In this document: positions 1 to 9,780 of the stretch, one piece after another
Position numbering within the stretch: the first letter of the stretch is position 1
Layout: every line of letters begins with the position of its first letter
Source: a virus
IMG/VR virus record: IMGVR_UViG_3300040771_000271
Location: 85,236-129,922 of that record
Strand: one strand, 5' to 3'
DNA: 44,687 nt
Notes under the pieces: generated by a model
Database searches by the model: none
What the model was told of the DNA's origin: nothing
What the model saw: only the letters and a program-made list of their open reading frames with translations
Made by a program: the position numbers and the translations under genes

Positions 1-452
1 ATGGTCATAATAATGTTCTTCAGGTAGTGGCTCTAAATATTTTAAAATAGCTCCATGTTTTGATATTAAAATATCTCCTTTTTTACAAATGTTTAAATCT
101 ACTTTTTTCATAATTTTTATTTTTTAATATGCTGTTGTAGCTACTATATCAATAGATTTAGCTGTTTTTAAATATTCGGCAAAAGATTCTATAATTAAAT
201 ATCCATTACAAAAATCTTCTTCTGTTAAATTTCCACTATAGTCATCATCAAAATCAGGCTCTTATTCACTCACATCTAAAAGATAACTACTTTCTAATTC
301 TTTTTTAGTTAATGCTTTAACAATAATATCTTCAAAATAATTTATCCCTGTGTGGTCGTAATAAAAATCTATTGCTTTATTAATGTTTGGAGCACATACC
401 CAATCAGTTTCACCTCCTGGTATATTATGTTCAAATTTGTATATTTTCATAA

Positions 453-716
453 TTAATAATTTCTAACGAAGACGTGAAAAACTAAATAGTCCATAAAAAC
501 AGTATTTATAAATCTACTATTTTCTTCTACAATATTATGCCCTGTACCATATATGTAAACAGTTTGTTTTTTACTATAGTCTTCATCTTTATCAACTAAA
601 ACCCACATACAAAGAGTTTTTCCTTGAAAAGCAGCTGATAATATCATTGCACCTAAAGGAAGATTTAATTCTTGTTCATCTTCAACTTCTATAACGTATT
701 TGTAAATTGTTTTCAT
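453..716 (-). CDS. Conserved phage hypothetical protein (MKTIYKY... family)
   Basis: ORF track 453..755. The likely true start is MKTIYKY at 716, overlapping the upstream stop. The VYIYGTGH and VFHVF motifs recur in small phage proteins. Confidence 0.6.
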   Translation of the reverse strand: MKTIYKYVIEVEDEQELNLPLGAMILSAAFQGKTLCMWVLVDKDEDYSKKQTVYIYGTGHNIVEENSRFINTVFMDYLVFHVFVRNY

Positions 717-1160
717 ATTATTTGTTTTAAATATTCTATAATATCTTTCAAACACTCTTGCTGACCAAATAGTCTACTCTCTGTAAAAGAGTTCATAGCA
801 AAAGGTATTTCAATACATTTTTCTAATTCGGTTATTAAATCATCTCTAAAATCGTAAGCAGATGTATCAACACCTCCACCTAGTTCTATTCCTAATACTT
901 TCATAATTTCTAATTTATTAAATCTAATACTATTTCTTCTTTTAACCTACCTGTACAAATAGCTAGTGCTTCGCTAATAGTAAAAGCATTAACATAATCT
1001 TCACTTAAAGTATCTGCATTTTTCAAATACTCTTTAGCATTATTTATCATCATTTTGTAATATTCCATTTTTTATGTTTATTTTTTGCGCAAAAAAGAAT
1101 AAAAACAGCCTTTTTACTTATTTGAAAAGCAAAGATAAACATAAAAAATGGTTTAAACAA

Positions 1161-1191
1161 CAAAAACCCTCACAAATTTTTGCAAGGGTTT
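1161..1191 (-). terminator. Intrinsic terminator after the A1-like gene
   Basis: Minus strand AAACCCTTGC-AAAAATTT-GTGAGGGTTT followed by a T run. It abuts a TATCTTTG promoter element at ~1130-1137. Confidence 0.65.
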
Positions 1192-1199
1192 AAAATAAT

Positions 1200-2786
1200 T
1201 TAAACTAAGGTAGTAAACTTACCATTAGTAATATGTATGTGAGAAGCTTTACCATTAGGATAAATAACAACATTGGAGTGCAACCAAGCCGAACAACCCT
1301 TATTATAATTTAATCTTAACTTAGTTAAAGTACCTACAGACAATGACCCATCATATCGGTGAGGGACATGACTATGTCCAACTACGCTCTTCATTGGCAA
1401 GTTTTTTAGTTGTATAGGAGAAGACCTGCTCCCATGTACACCAACGTGAGAGTGTATTCCCAGTTCAAAGCCTAAAACATTGTAAGACTCATCTAATCCT
1501 AAAGAGTACAAATGAGGTACATGATTATTTAAATAATAAGCTAATATACCTTTTGGAGCTAATCCTTTAACCACTACATTTGAAAATTCTAAATACAATT
1601 TTTTATTTTTAGTCTTACGCCAATCTTCACTTCGTAACCATCTATCAATAAATTCATTATGATTGGATTGCACGGATACAAAATTATATTGAGGATAGCT
1701 GTTCAACCATTCTACAATATTATCTAATTCTTTTTGTAAGCTCCAGGAACCGTCTTCTTCTCTCTCCAATAATATAAAAGGATCTCTTTGTTCGTGGTGA
1801 GAAACTGAATGCCCATTTCCTAAATCATGTAAGAATATATTTTCAGGCTTTAATAATTCTGCCATTTTAAAAGAAGTTTTTACAGCTTTTTTATCCTCTT
1901 CGTGCAAGTGTAAGTCTCCAAATATTAAAGCAGGTACACCTTCACCACATTCACTAATTTCTCCATTTTTCGCACAAAAAATTAAATCATAAAAATTACC
2001 TTTTTTATCTGCAACGATTTGTCTAATATGGAAATCTTTACCATCTACCTCTACAATTACAAAACCTAATTGATGATGAAACTCACTTTTTTTACCAACT
2101 TTTGTATCTGTATAATTAGGTAAAGTACATGCTCCTGTTGTCACTAACAGTTTATTAGGATAACCTTCCATAACAGGTAAAGATTGAAGTTGTACGCGAG
2201 GATGACCCACAATACAACTTTCTACCCCTGTTATACCATTCATGCCTGATAAAGGAGTAGACGCAGTAGGCTGAATTTTAACATCTGAAAGAACAGCTAA
2301 ATGTTGATGTAAGTTATGACGGTTAGCATCAAGATAAGGTAAAATAGAATTATCCCAAGTGTTTTTAATAGCTTTTTCTTTTGATTTTATAGCTCTGCTT
2401 GCAGATAGAGATGAAGGGTTAGAATATCGTCCAGCAATACATAAAATATCAGCATCAACATATTTAGCATAGGATTCTATATTTTTAAGAAATCCCTTAT
2501 GAACAGCTGTATCTGATTGTGCCCAAGTAACTAAAAACCTTTTCTTTGTGTTATCATGTTGTTTATTTTGCGCTTCTTTAAATACATCGGTATCTTCAAT
2601 AACTTGTACGTTATTAGTTACTTTCATTTTCTGCATCTTATCTCGCATTTTACGCCCAATAGAATCAGTGAAAAACTTTCCAAAATACTCACACATTAAC
2701 CTAGCCGCAGGGGTTACATCACTTCCTTTTTCGACTAAATCCTTTACAAAATTAATCTCTTCTTCTGTATATTTCTTTTTACTCAT
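1200..2786 (-). CDS. T5 A1-like protein with C-terminal metallophosphoesterase/nuclease domain
   Basis: 528 aa. Metallophosphoesterase motifs GDLH, HD, SNHN, H and GHSH. The C-terminal VGT..KL.L.YNKG.S.WLHS.VVIYPNGK resembles T5 A1-family proteins. Confidence 0.7.
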   Translation of the reverse strand: MSKKKYTEEEINFVKDLVEKGSDVTPAARLMCEYFGKFFTDSIGRKMRDKMQKMKVTNNVQVIEDTDVFKEAQNKQHDNTKKRFLVTWAQSDTAVHKGFLKNIESYAKYVDADILCIAGRYSNPSSLSASRAIKSKEKAIKNTWDNSILPYLDANRHNLHQHLAVLSDVKIQPTASTPLSGMNGITGVESCIVGHPRVQLQSLPVMEGYPNKLLVTTGACTLPNYTDTKVGKKSEFHHQLGFVIVEVDGKDFHIRQIVADKKGNFYDLIFCAKNGEISECGEGVPALIFGDLHLHEEDKKAVKTSFKMAELLKPENIFLHDLGNGHSVSHHEQRDPFILLEREEDGSWSLQKELDNIVEWLNSYPQYNFVSVQSNHNEFIDRWLRSEDWRKTKNKKLYLEFSNVVVKGLAPKGILAYYLNNHVPHLYSLGLDESYNVLGFELGIHSHVGVHGSRSSPIQLKNLPMKSVVGHSHVPHRYDGSLSVGTLTKLRLNYNKGCSAWLHSNVVIYPNGKASHIHITNGKFTTLV

Positions 2787-2789
2787 AAT

Positions 2790-3548
2790 TTAATCTGTTA
2801 TTTCTACTTCGTAATTTATTAATGCTTGATAAACTTGCTCAGTTATTTGCCCATTCCATTTGTTAGCTAATTCTTTTGCTAAATTTTCTTTAAAAGTTTT
2901 GTAAACTTGAAAAGCCTTTAATTCTAATGTAAAATAGCCTAAATTTTTAATTTTTTTATTTACATTACAACTTACCATAAATTTACCATCCTTATGTAAA
3001 TATACACCTATTAGGTAATTTCCTCTTCTGCTCTTACCTTTTACAAAAAAGGAATTAACTTCTCTTGGTACAAAACAACAAGTTTCAGGACTGTAAATTT
3101 TATTTCCTTTAACTAGAATGTCTTTATCAAGGTGCCAACCTTGCATTGTTTCAGGGTTGTAGTTTTCTTCAAACCATTTAGCAAAGTTCTGAAAATTATA
3201 CCATTCTTCACAAACACTTGCTTCCTTATAAGAGGTAAATTCTTTTTTATATATTTCACTACAACCTCTTTCTAACATATTTCTCCAAGTTGTATAAGAT
3301 TTAAAATGTTTACCACCGTCTTTTGTTTTATATTTACCAACACCTATAAATCCCACACTAAAAATTAAGGGGTGGTAAGGGTTTTTAACTTTCCCTCTTA
3401 CTAAATGACCATATTGAACAGTAAAAATATGACCACTATCAAGTTTTACATCTGTACCATGAATACCTTTATAGTCTACAACCTTAACTTTATCTCCTTC
3501 AAGAGTTAGATATTCTTCACCTATTCTTTCTAGATTTTTCATAACCAC
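2790..3548 (-). CDS. HNH-type homing endonuclease with C-terminal AP2-like DNA-binding domain
   Basis: W.NM..R, VCEEWYNFQNFAKW, HLDKDILVKGNKIYSPETCCFVP..VN, then GV...LGYF (AP2-like). Confidence 0.8.
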   Translation of the reverse strand: MVMKNLERIGEEYLTLEGDKVKVVDYKGIHGTDVKLDSGHIFTVQYGHLVRGKVKNPYHPLIFSVGFIGVGKYKTKDGGKHFKSYTTWRNMLERGCSEIYKKEFTSYKEASVCEEWYNFQNFAKWFEENYNPETMQGWHLDKDILVKGNKIYSPETCCFVPREVNSFFVKGKSRRGNYLIGVYLHKDGKFMVSCNVNKKIKNLGYFTLELKAFQVYKTFKENLAKELANKWNGQITEQVYQALINYEVEITD

Positions 3549-5575
3549 TTGTTTTTAAGTATTTTAGTCCAATAATCTACTGTTTCTTTTTTATCTCCTG
3601 AGTAAGATGTCCACTTACAAGGATAACGTTTAATACAATCATCTAAACGGGCTCTAACACTTAACTTTTTATTTGTCTCACGAGAGTAAGTAAGCCAACA
3701 TTCCCAAAAGCGATACATATCAACAGCTACAAAAGTTATGGCAATTTGATAACCAAAGAAAACAAAACTCCACATAGGACTCCATTCAAATCTATAGTTA
3801 TCTCTTTCCCATTTCGTTTTCCATCCAAGTTGAACAAAGTCAAAACCTATTTTTTTAGGTTGCGCAAAAGAACCCTTTAATTTCTGTTCATACAATTCAT
3901 CAAAAGTCCTAATTGTACGTTTATAAGTTTGCTCTCTTTCATTATACTCTCTAACTTCTTTAATTTCTTTTAAAGTAGCTTCTATAGCTTTTTTAGGAGT
4001 AGCTTTTTTCCATACACGAGGAAAGAAATAAGGTGTTCCTATGGCAACTTTACCAATATACACTATTGGAATTGGCGGTCTAAAAGGTGAGAAGTATACA
4101 GACATCCACTCAAAGTATCTTAAAAACCAATATAATTTTGAATATTTGTACTTAATCATTATATAATCTTTTTATATATTAAATCCCTTTCTTCCCAAGA
4201 ACTTTCTAAAAATTTTTTAGTTATTTCATCTAACATGCCTTGATGAACAAAGTCGAGACTATCATTTAAAGTATCTTCATTGTCTACAACTTTATATCCA
4301 CAGTCTTGTAGATGTTCAATCATTTCCTCATCTTCAATTTCGCCTAAAAAACTAAAAGAGTTTCTACGACTTAATTCCCAAACTAGATCATCTACAGAAG
4401 CATCTTCAACAGTATCACAGTTGTCAAGATGAATTAAATCTAAATGATACTTCGCATATTTTTCAAGAACATCTGTATCTACTTCATCTAGAAAATCACT
4501 TACATCAACAACTATTTCCACATGACCATCTTCAAGTTCTTCTACATTATCAAAAACTTGCTTACCAACCCATCTAATATCTTTCATAATCCTTCTATTT
4601 CTGATATAAAATCTCCAGAGTTTAGCCTCACTCTTTCTCTAATTAAATCAATAATCATATCTTGTGTAATTGTAAAAACATTTTCAATATCTCCTGCGTA
4701 TTCAAATTCTTCATCAGACCAAGTATTGTTATCTAAATAATATCTTATTTTAATTTCCATAATTTACATTATATTTATTTTTAATTCTATTAAATCACTT
4801 GGTTTTGCCACTCTATACTTCTTTACATTATGCCAAGTAAAAGTATAAGGACAATCATCCATAAATTCATACTCAATTTCAACCATAATATTAAAACCGA
4901 AGAGCCTCTTTTTAATATACCAATTTCCTGTTAATTTTACATCTGTCATAATTAATAACTTTCTAATACTATTGTTTTAAAATCACGTTCTCTTTGCTCT
5001 AACTTAGCTTGTTCTAAAGTATCAAATGTCCCTAAGTGAATACAACAGTTCTCTACAAGTTGACTTCCAACCTCTCCAACATAAGTTAATGGATTAAAAT
5101 ACTTTCTTTCCAATTGAAATAAACTATATCCCATCTTCATATATTTCGAGCAGTTCTTCCGTTGTTTTACATGTAGGTATTAAGTCTCGCGTCCTGTATT
5201 TTCCATCCGAATATGTTAAAGTATTTTCCGCAACAAAAACTGAAAAAGAAACTGCAAATTCCCTAACTATAAGAGAAGCAATAGTAACATCTGTTTCTGT
5301 ATTATCATCTGATAAATGTCCTAATAAACAATGTCTTAATTTGTCTTCTAATTTCATAATTTTTTTATTTTAATTTGATGATTAAAACTGTTTCCATTAC
5401 CACTAGCCATCAAAGAATAATTTTCTTCAAAGGCATTTGTAACTTCACAATAACCTCCGTCTTGTAAAGTGATTTCTACTAATTCTTCCATTTGATTTTC
5501 TAACCAATCATTTAAAGTGAAAGTATTATCATGATGATATTCTTTTGTCTCCCAATAAAAAGTACCTGTTTTCAT
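3539..5575 (-). other. Run of small hypothetical ORFs (3539-4159, 4159-4587, 4764-4949, 4952-5140, 5124-5357, 5354-5575)
   Basis: Tightly packed or overlapping minus-strand ORFs downstream of a TATATTTG promoter at ~5707-5714. No recognisable family. Confidence 0.65.
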
Positions 5576-5812
5576 AAATTATACTAATGTTGTTGCGCCA
5601 AAAATTACTAAACAAATAAAGAATATAATAATCCATATTGGCAATCCTTTATTACCCTCTTCTCCTACGTATGGCATAATTAAATCTCTTTTATATTAAT
5701 AACTTTACAAATATAACGCTTTCTAACTTCTTGTGCAAGTAAATCTGAATATTTTTTTATTTCTAACTTTTTTTCTCGGCAAAGTAAAAAATACTTCTGT
5801 TTAAAATCCTTA

Positions 5813-6817
5813 CTATACATTATCAATAGGTATTGGGTTATTTTTTAACCAAGTCTCAAAATGCAATCTATTAAAATCATTATTTGATTTTATAAACTGA
5901 TTGTACTCACTTGGGAGGAGTTGTAAATTTGTATAATGATTTAACTTATAAATATCGTTTTCAGTTTTTGCTGAGCATAGGGGAATTATATGGTCTACAT
6001 CTATACCCTTAGAATTTATTAAAAATCCATAATTATTATCTTCTAAGTGTAATTTTAAATTTTCCCAAGATGTCCCTAAAATCTCTGAAGTCTTAGACGA
6101 TTTTTTATATCCCTTTGCTTTTATAAAACCTTTAACTCTTCTTCTAACATTATTACATAGATTATCTAATTCTTTTGGTATTTTTCTTAACTTTTTAGAT
6201 ATTACTTCGTTACCACATTTAGGGCAACCACAATAATAATGGACATTAACTATTTGACTAAATTTTCCGTGTATTGGGCATATAATACTAATAATATCAT
6301 CTGTTTTAGAGTCTTCCTCTATTTCATAAGTGTAAAAATCCCCATGTTTTTTAGTAAATAGATTTAAAATATGTACTTTACCAACTCTTCTACTTTTTCC
6401 TGCCTTTATTTTGCCACAATTAACACACCCACCTCCTTGTAGGTGTGTATTAACCAATTGTAAAAATTCTCCATGTATAGGACATATAATTGTGATTTTA
6501 TCGGAGTAATTTTTATATATGGTTTTATCATAGTTATAAAAATTATCATGTATTTTATGAGCTCTTTCTACTAAAAGCTCTTGTGTAAGAGTTAACCTAT
6601 TCTCTATACAAGATTTTTTTCCACATTCCCAGCAACCTCTTCCTAATTTACAATGCTTTTGATATTTTTGTTTAAATACTCCATGCTCTTTGCAGATTAT
6701 TTTTAAAGGGATAGTATAATTAATATATTCAAGTAAGCTATAATCATATTTATTTCCGTGTATAGCCTTGGATTCCTCTATAGCTATCTTTGTATTAATA
6801 ATCCGACTACTTCCCAT
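5813..6817 (-). CDS. Homing endonuclease: three DUF723-like Zn-binding repeats plus C-terminal HNH domain
   Basis: Repeats ICKEHG..GCWEC, ICPIHG..GCVNC and ICPIHG..GCPKC. C-terminal DVDHIIPL...LNHYTNLQLL...N..K. Confidence 0.8.
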   Translation of the reverse strand: MGSSRIINTKIAIEESKAIHGNKYDYSLLEYINYTIPLKIICKEHGVFKQKYQKHCKLGRGCWECGKKSCIENRLTLTQELLVERAHKIHDNFYNYDKTIYKNYSDKITIICPIHGEFLQLVNTHLQGGGCVNCGKIKAGKSRRVGKVHILNLFTKKHGDFYTYEIEEDSKTDDIISIICPIHGKFSQIVNVHYYCGCPKCGNEVISKKLRKIPKELDNLCNNVRRRVKGFIKAKGYKKSSKTSEILGTSWENLKLHLEDNNYGFLINSKGIDVDHIIPLCSAKTENDIYKLNHYTNLQLLPSEYNQFIKSNNDFNRLHFETWLKNNPIPIDNV

Positions 6818-6944
6818 CTCTAACAGCTTTTTTAATTAGCATTCTAACTTGACCTGAAATAGAAATAGCATTTGAATCTGCTAATTCTTTTAACTGATTT
6901 AATAATTCTTCATCAATTCTAATTTGTAATAATTCTTTTTTCAT
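6807..6944 (-). CDS. Small ribbon-helix-helix (Arc/CopG-like) DNA-binding protein, not in the ORF track
   Basis: Manual translation MKKELLQIRIDEELLNQLKELADSNAISISGQVRMLIKKAVRDGK* (45 aa): alternating strand (LQIRI), helix, S.S turn, helix. Overlaps the start of the HNH gene. Confidence 0.75.
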   Translation of the reverse strand: MKKELLQIRIDEELLNQLKELADSNAISISGQVRMLIKKAVRDGK

Positions 6945-7000
6945 TGTAATTAATTTTTAATATGTTTGTAATTACAATATACCAAATACCGTGCCAAAAT

Positions 7001-7912
7001 TTAATCCAATTCTAAAGGAGACAACATGCCTTTTCTTATAAAGCTTGTACCTGTTTTTGAATAACCCCTTATGTCTTTTTGCATATACTTATTATTTGAT
7101 ATTAACTCACAAATTAAATTATCTGCATCTTCTAAGGAAAATCCGTAATAGGAACAAAAACCTCCAAAAATAGTTGCTATACTTCTTATTTTTGGATGTG
7201 CCCCGTCATCAATTCTGTCAACTAAGTATGTTATTTTATTTATTATTCTTTGTTTTACTTCATCATCAATAGTGTTGGGAATTTCAAATTCTCCATGATA
7301 ATTTTGAAAAGCATTTATTTTACCTCCTCGTCGAGTCCAAACTTCTGCATCCTCTCTAATCAATATCTCTTTATCGTAAGACAAGAATAAAGGTAAACAA
7401 CAGTTGAAATTAGCTGGGTCAAAACCCTCATATTGAGATAGATAGTAAGCCAAACCACAATAATATTCTTTATAATTATCAATTGAAGTAGGTTTTTCTA
7501 TACGAATTAAAAGTTTTAATCCTCTACCTGAAGGTGAAATCCAAGCAGCTATAACACATTTTAAATTATTAAAGAGCCTTTCTTTCAATTCTTTTGCGTG
7601 GTCAATTTTATCAAACTCACAAATCATTACGGGATTAAAATCAACAACATTTGAATACGCTCTACCTAAACCATCTAATTTAACAGACGGAACAAAAGAA
7701 TATAGATTATTTTGCTTTAGAGAATCCTTAAGCTTTAAATCATTGTTTTTAGCTGCTTCTTTAATCTCTTCAATAACTTTTACCGTAGATTCTTTTGGCT
7801 CTCTATGAACGTCTAAAAATTGCCTTAAAGTTAATTCTCCAAGAGGAGTAGCATCCCAAATTCGGGCAGGAAAAAACTGAAAAGACACTGAGTCAATAAA
7901 ACTAACGCTCAT
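7001..7912 (-). CDS. BT4734/VirE-N-like primase-polymerase (AEP superfamily), probable primase
   Basis: LK..L.SFVPS, acidic CEFDK, WISPSGRGLKLL, FD...LFLSYD, then a helical C-terminal domain. Confidence 0.7.
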   Translation of the reverse strand: MSVSFIDSVSFQFFPARIWDATPLGELTLRQFLDVHREPKESTVKVIEEIKEAAKNNDLKLKDSLKQNNLYSFVPSVKLDGLGRAYSNVVDFNPVMICEFDKIDHAKELKERLFNNLKCVIAAWISPSGRGLKLLIRIEKPTSIDNYKEYYCGLAYYLSQYEGFDPANFNCCLPLFLSYDKEILIREDAEVWTRRGGKINAFQNYHGEFEIPNTIDDEVKQRIINKITYLVDRIDDGAHPKIRSIATIFGGFCSYYGFSLEDADNLICELISNNKYMQKDIRGYSKTGTSFIRKGMLSPLELD

Positions 7913-8267
7913 GTAATTCCTCTACTATATAATCAACAAAAGTTTCATCTATAACATTTTGCAAATCAATATTACTATCTTGAGCACAAATTGAAATAAT
8001 CTCAATTTCAGCAAATTCCTCTGGGTCTAATTCAGTGGCGGGCATATATTTTCCATGTTCAACATAACAAACAGTTAGTGAAACTCCATAAACTTCTATA
8101 TCTTTAAATAGCATAATTTTTATCTTTTATAATAATATTTACATTCTTTTTTCTCCTGATCATAAGGTGTTTCCACAAAATAACTTTGCCACATATCATC
8201 TGCAGGCGCAGTAAACCTGTAACACATTTCTTTTAGTGGGCAATTTTTCGGATTACACTTTGTTATA

Positions 8268-8669
8268 TCACTCATAGTTTAATGTATTTATATTAATTGC
8301 TAATCCGTTCTCTATTAATCCGTAAATATCGAAGTGCCATTCTAGTAGTTTATCAACTACTCTATATTCCCACTTATCTAAATCATATTTATTTAAATCT
8401 GAATAGTAAAAATCAAAATGACTAATTAATATTTTTCTAGGCACAAACTTTTCTCCATTTACTTCAATCTCTTTTGTAAGGTCTGAAAGTGGGCGTAGGA
8501 TTGGTTTAAAGTACTCTAAATCCATAGGTAGTTTATCAGTTATTAAAAGTATTTGCCTCTTTTTTATTTCTATTCCTAAAAATACTTCTTCGCCTTGCAT
8601 ATCATCTGTGCAATACCCTTTCAATCCATAAGGCAAATAAGGTGCTAAATGTTTTAATTCTAATTTCAT
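8268..8669 (-). CDS. Conserved Bacteroidota-phage hypothetical protein
   Basis: MKLELKHLAPYLPYGLK...KPILRPLSDL...WHFDIYGLIE.GLAI signature. Confidence 0.7.
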   Translation of the reverse strand: MKLELKHLAPYLPYGLKGYCTDDMQGEEVFLGIEIKKRQILLITDKLPMDLEYFKPILRPLSDLTKEIEVNGEKFVPRKILISHFDFYYSDLNKYDLDKWEYRVVDKLLEWHFDIYGLIENGLAININTLNYE

Positions 8670-9164
8670 AATTTAATTATTAGTCTTTTTCTAGTTTTTG
8701 CGCCCTCTTTAGATTTTGCTGAATAAAAAATAAGAAACAGCTTTGGCTCATCTAAATACTGAAATCTAGGTTTAAAATAAATCTCTGTAAGCAGTACAAG
8801 TAATAATGTTAGTATAATCATAATTTATTTAAGTTAAGTAATTTTATTAAATCATATACTTTTTCTAAATCTTTAAAAGACAAACCTTTTAAACTATTTA
8901 CAATTAAGTTATTTAGTCCAGGTTTGTTTAAATGTTCATTATAGGCATCTTCAGATTCAAAAGCTCTCCATTCTGACATAAAATTACCTCCATCACTTTT
9001 TCCATCCTCTAATGAAAACTTCTCTCTTTTTCCTACATAATTTTCTGTATCAACTTCAAACCATTTTCTACCTATCTTGTTTACAAATCCTTTATGTATA
9101 GGAGTAGAATATCTAGCACAGTTTCCAATACCTACTATTATTACTTCTTGATTTAATTTTATAT

Positions 9165-9419
9165 TCATTTTAATAAATTTGTTAGTTCTTTAATTCTATA
9201 TCTAAAGTAATTGTCAACTATACTTGTATCTTGTAACAGTAGTCTCTCCTCCTTTAACATTTCTAATTTAGCTTCTATATTTTTATTTTTCGCCGAAAAC
9301 AAAATTAAAAGAGAATTAATATCTTCTTCCATCTGCTCATGCACTAATTCTCTAGTACCATATAAAGCTACAGTATACCCTCTCTCAAATCTTTATTTAA
9401 TTTTTTCTATTTCTCCCAT
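9165..9419 (-). pseudogene. Hypothetical gene with in-frame TAA at codon 9
   Basis: MGEIEKIK*RFERG...ELTNLLK*. Start and stop overlap both neighbours (TAATG, ATGA). Premature TAA at 9393-9395. Confidence 0.55.
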
Positions 9420-9692
9420 TATTCATCCTTTAATTCTCTGATAAAACCTTGCCCTACTGGAGTCCCCAACCATTGTATGACCCCTAAAACTATTTTTTCT
9501 TCCCTGTCAGTTAAACTATCTTTTGCTTCCATACAAGTTCCATCTTTTTGCCCAAAAACAATTAAGTCCGCATCTTCTAAATAGCCCTTATTAAATATTT
9601 CTAAAGCTTTAATCTCTGTAGCATAGTACTTATCTTCTTTATTCAGTCTATACTCTTTAAATCCACTTGTTTTCATAGTTTCTAGTTTTATT

Positions 9693-9745
9693 TTACAAAT
9701 ATATACATTATTTTTTATTCCCGCAAGAAAAACTTAATAAAAATA
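9693..9745 (-). promoter_or_regulatory. Repeated strong Bacteroidota-type promoter, copy 1
   Basis: Minus strand TTTTTATTAAGTTTTTCTTGCGGGAAT...TATATTTGTAA (TTG -33, TAnnTTTG -7). Near-identical to 14441-14490 and 24481-24530. Confidence 0.75.
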
Positions 9746-9772
9746 AAAAAGAGCCTAATTACTAGACTCTTT
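9745..9772 (-). terminator. Intrinsic terminator after the DNA polymerase gene
   Basis: Minus strand AAGAGTCTAG-TAA-TTAGGCTCTT followed by a T run. Confidence 0.7.
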
Positions 9773-9780
9773 GATATAAA

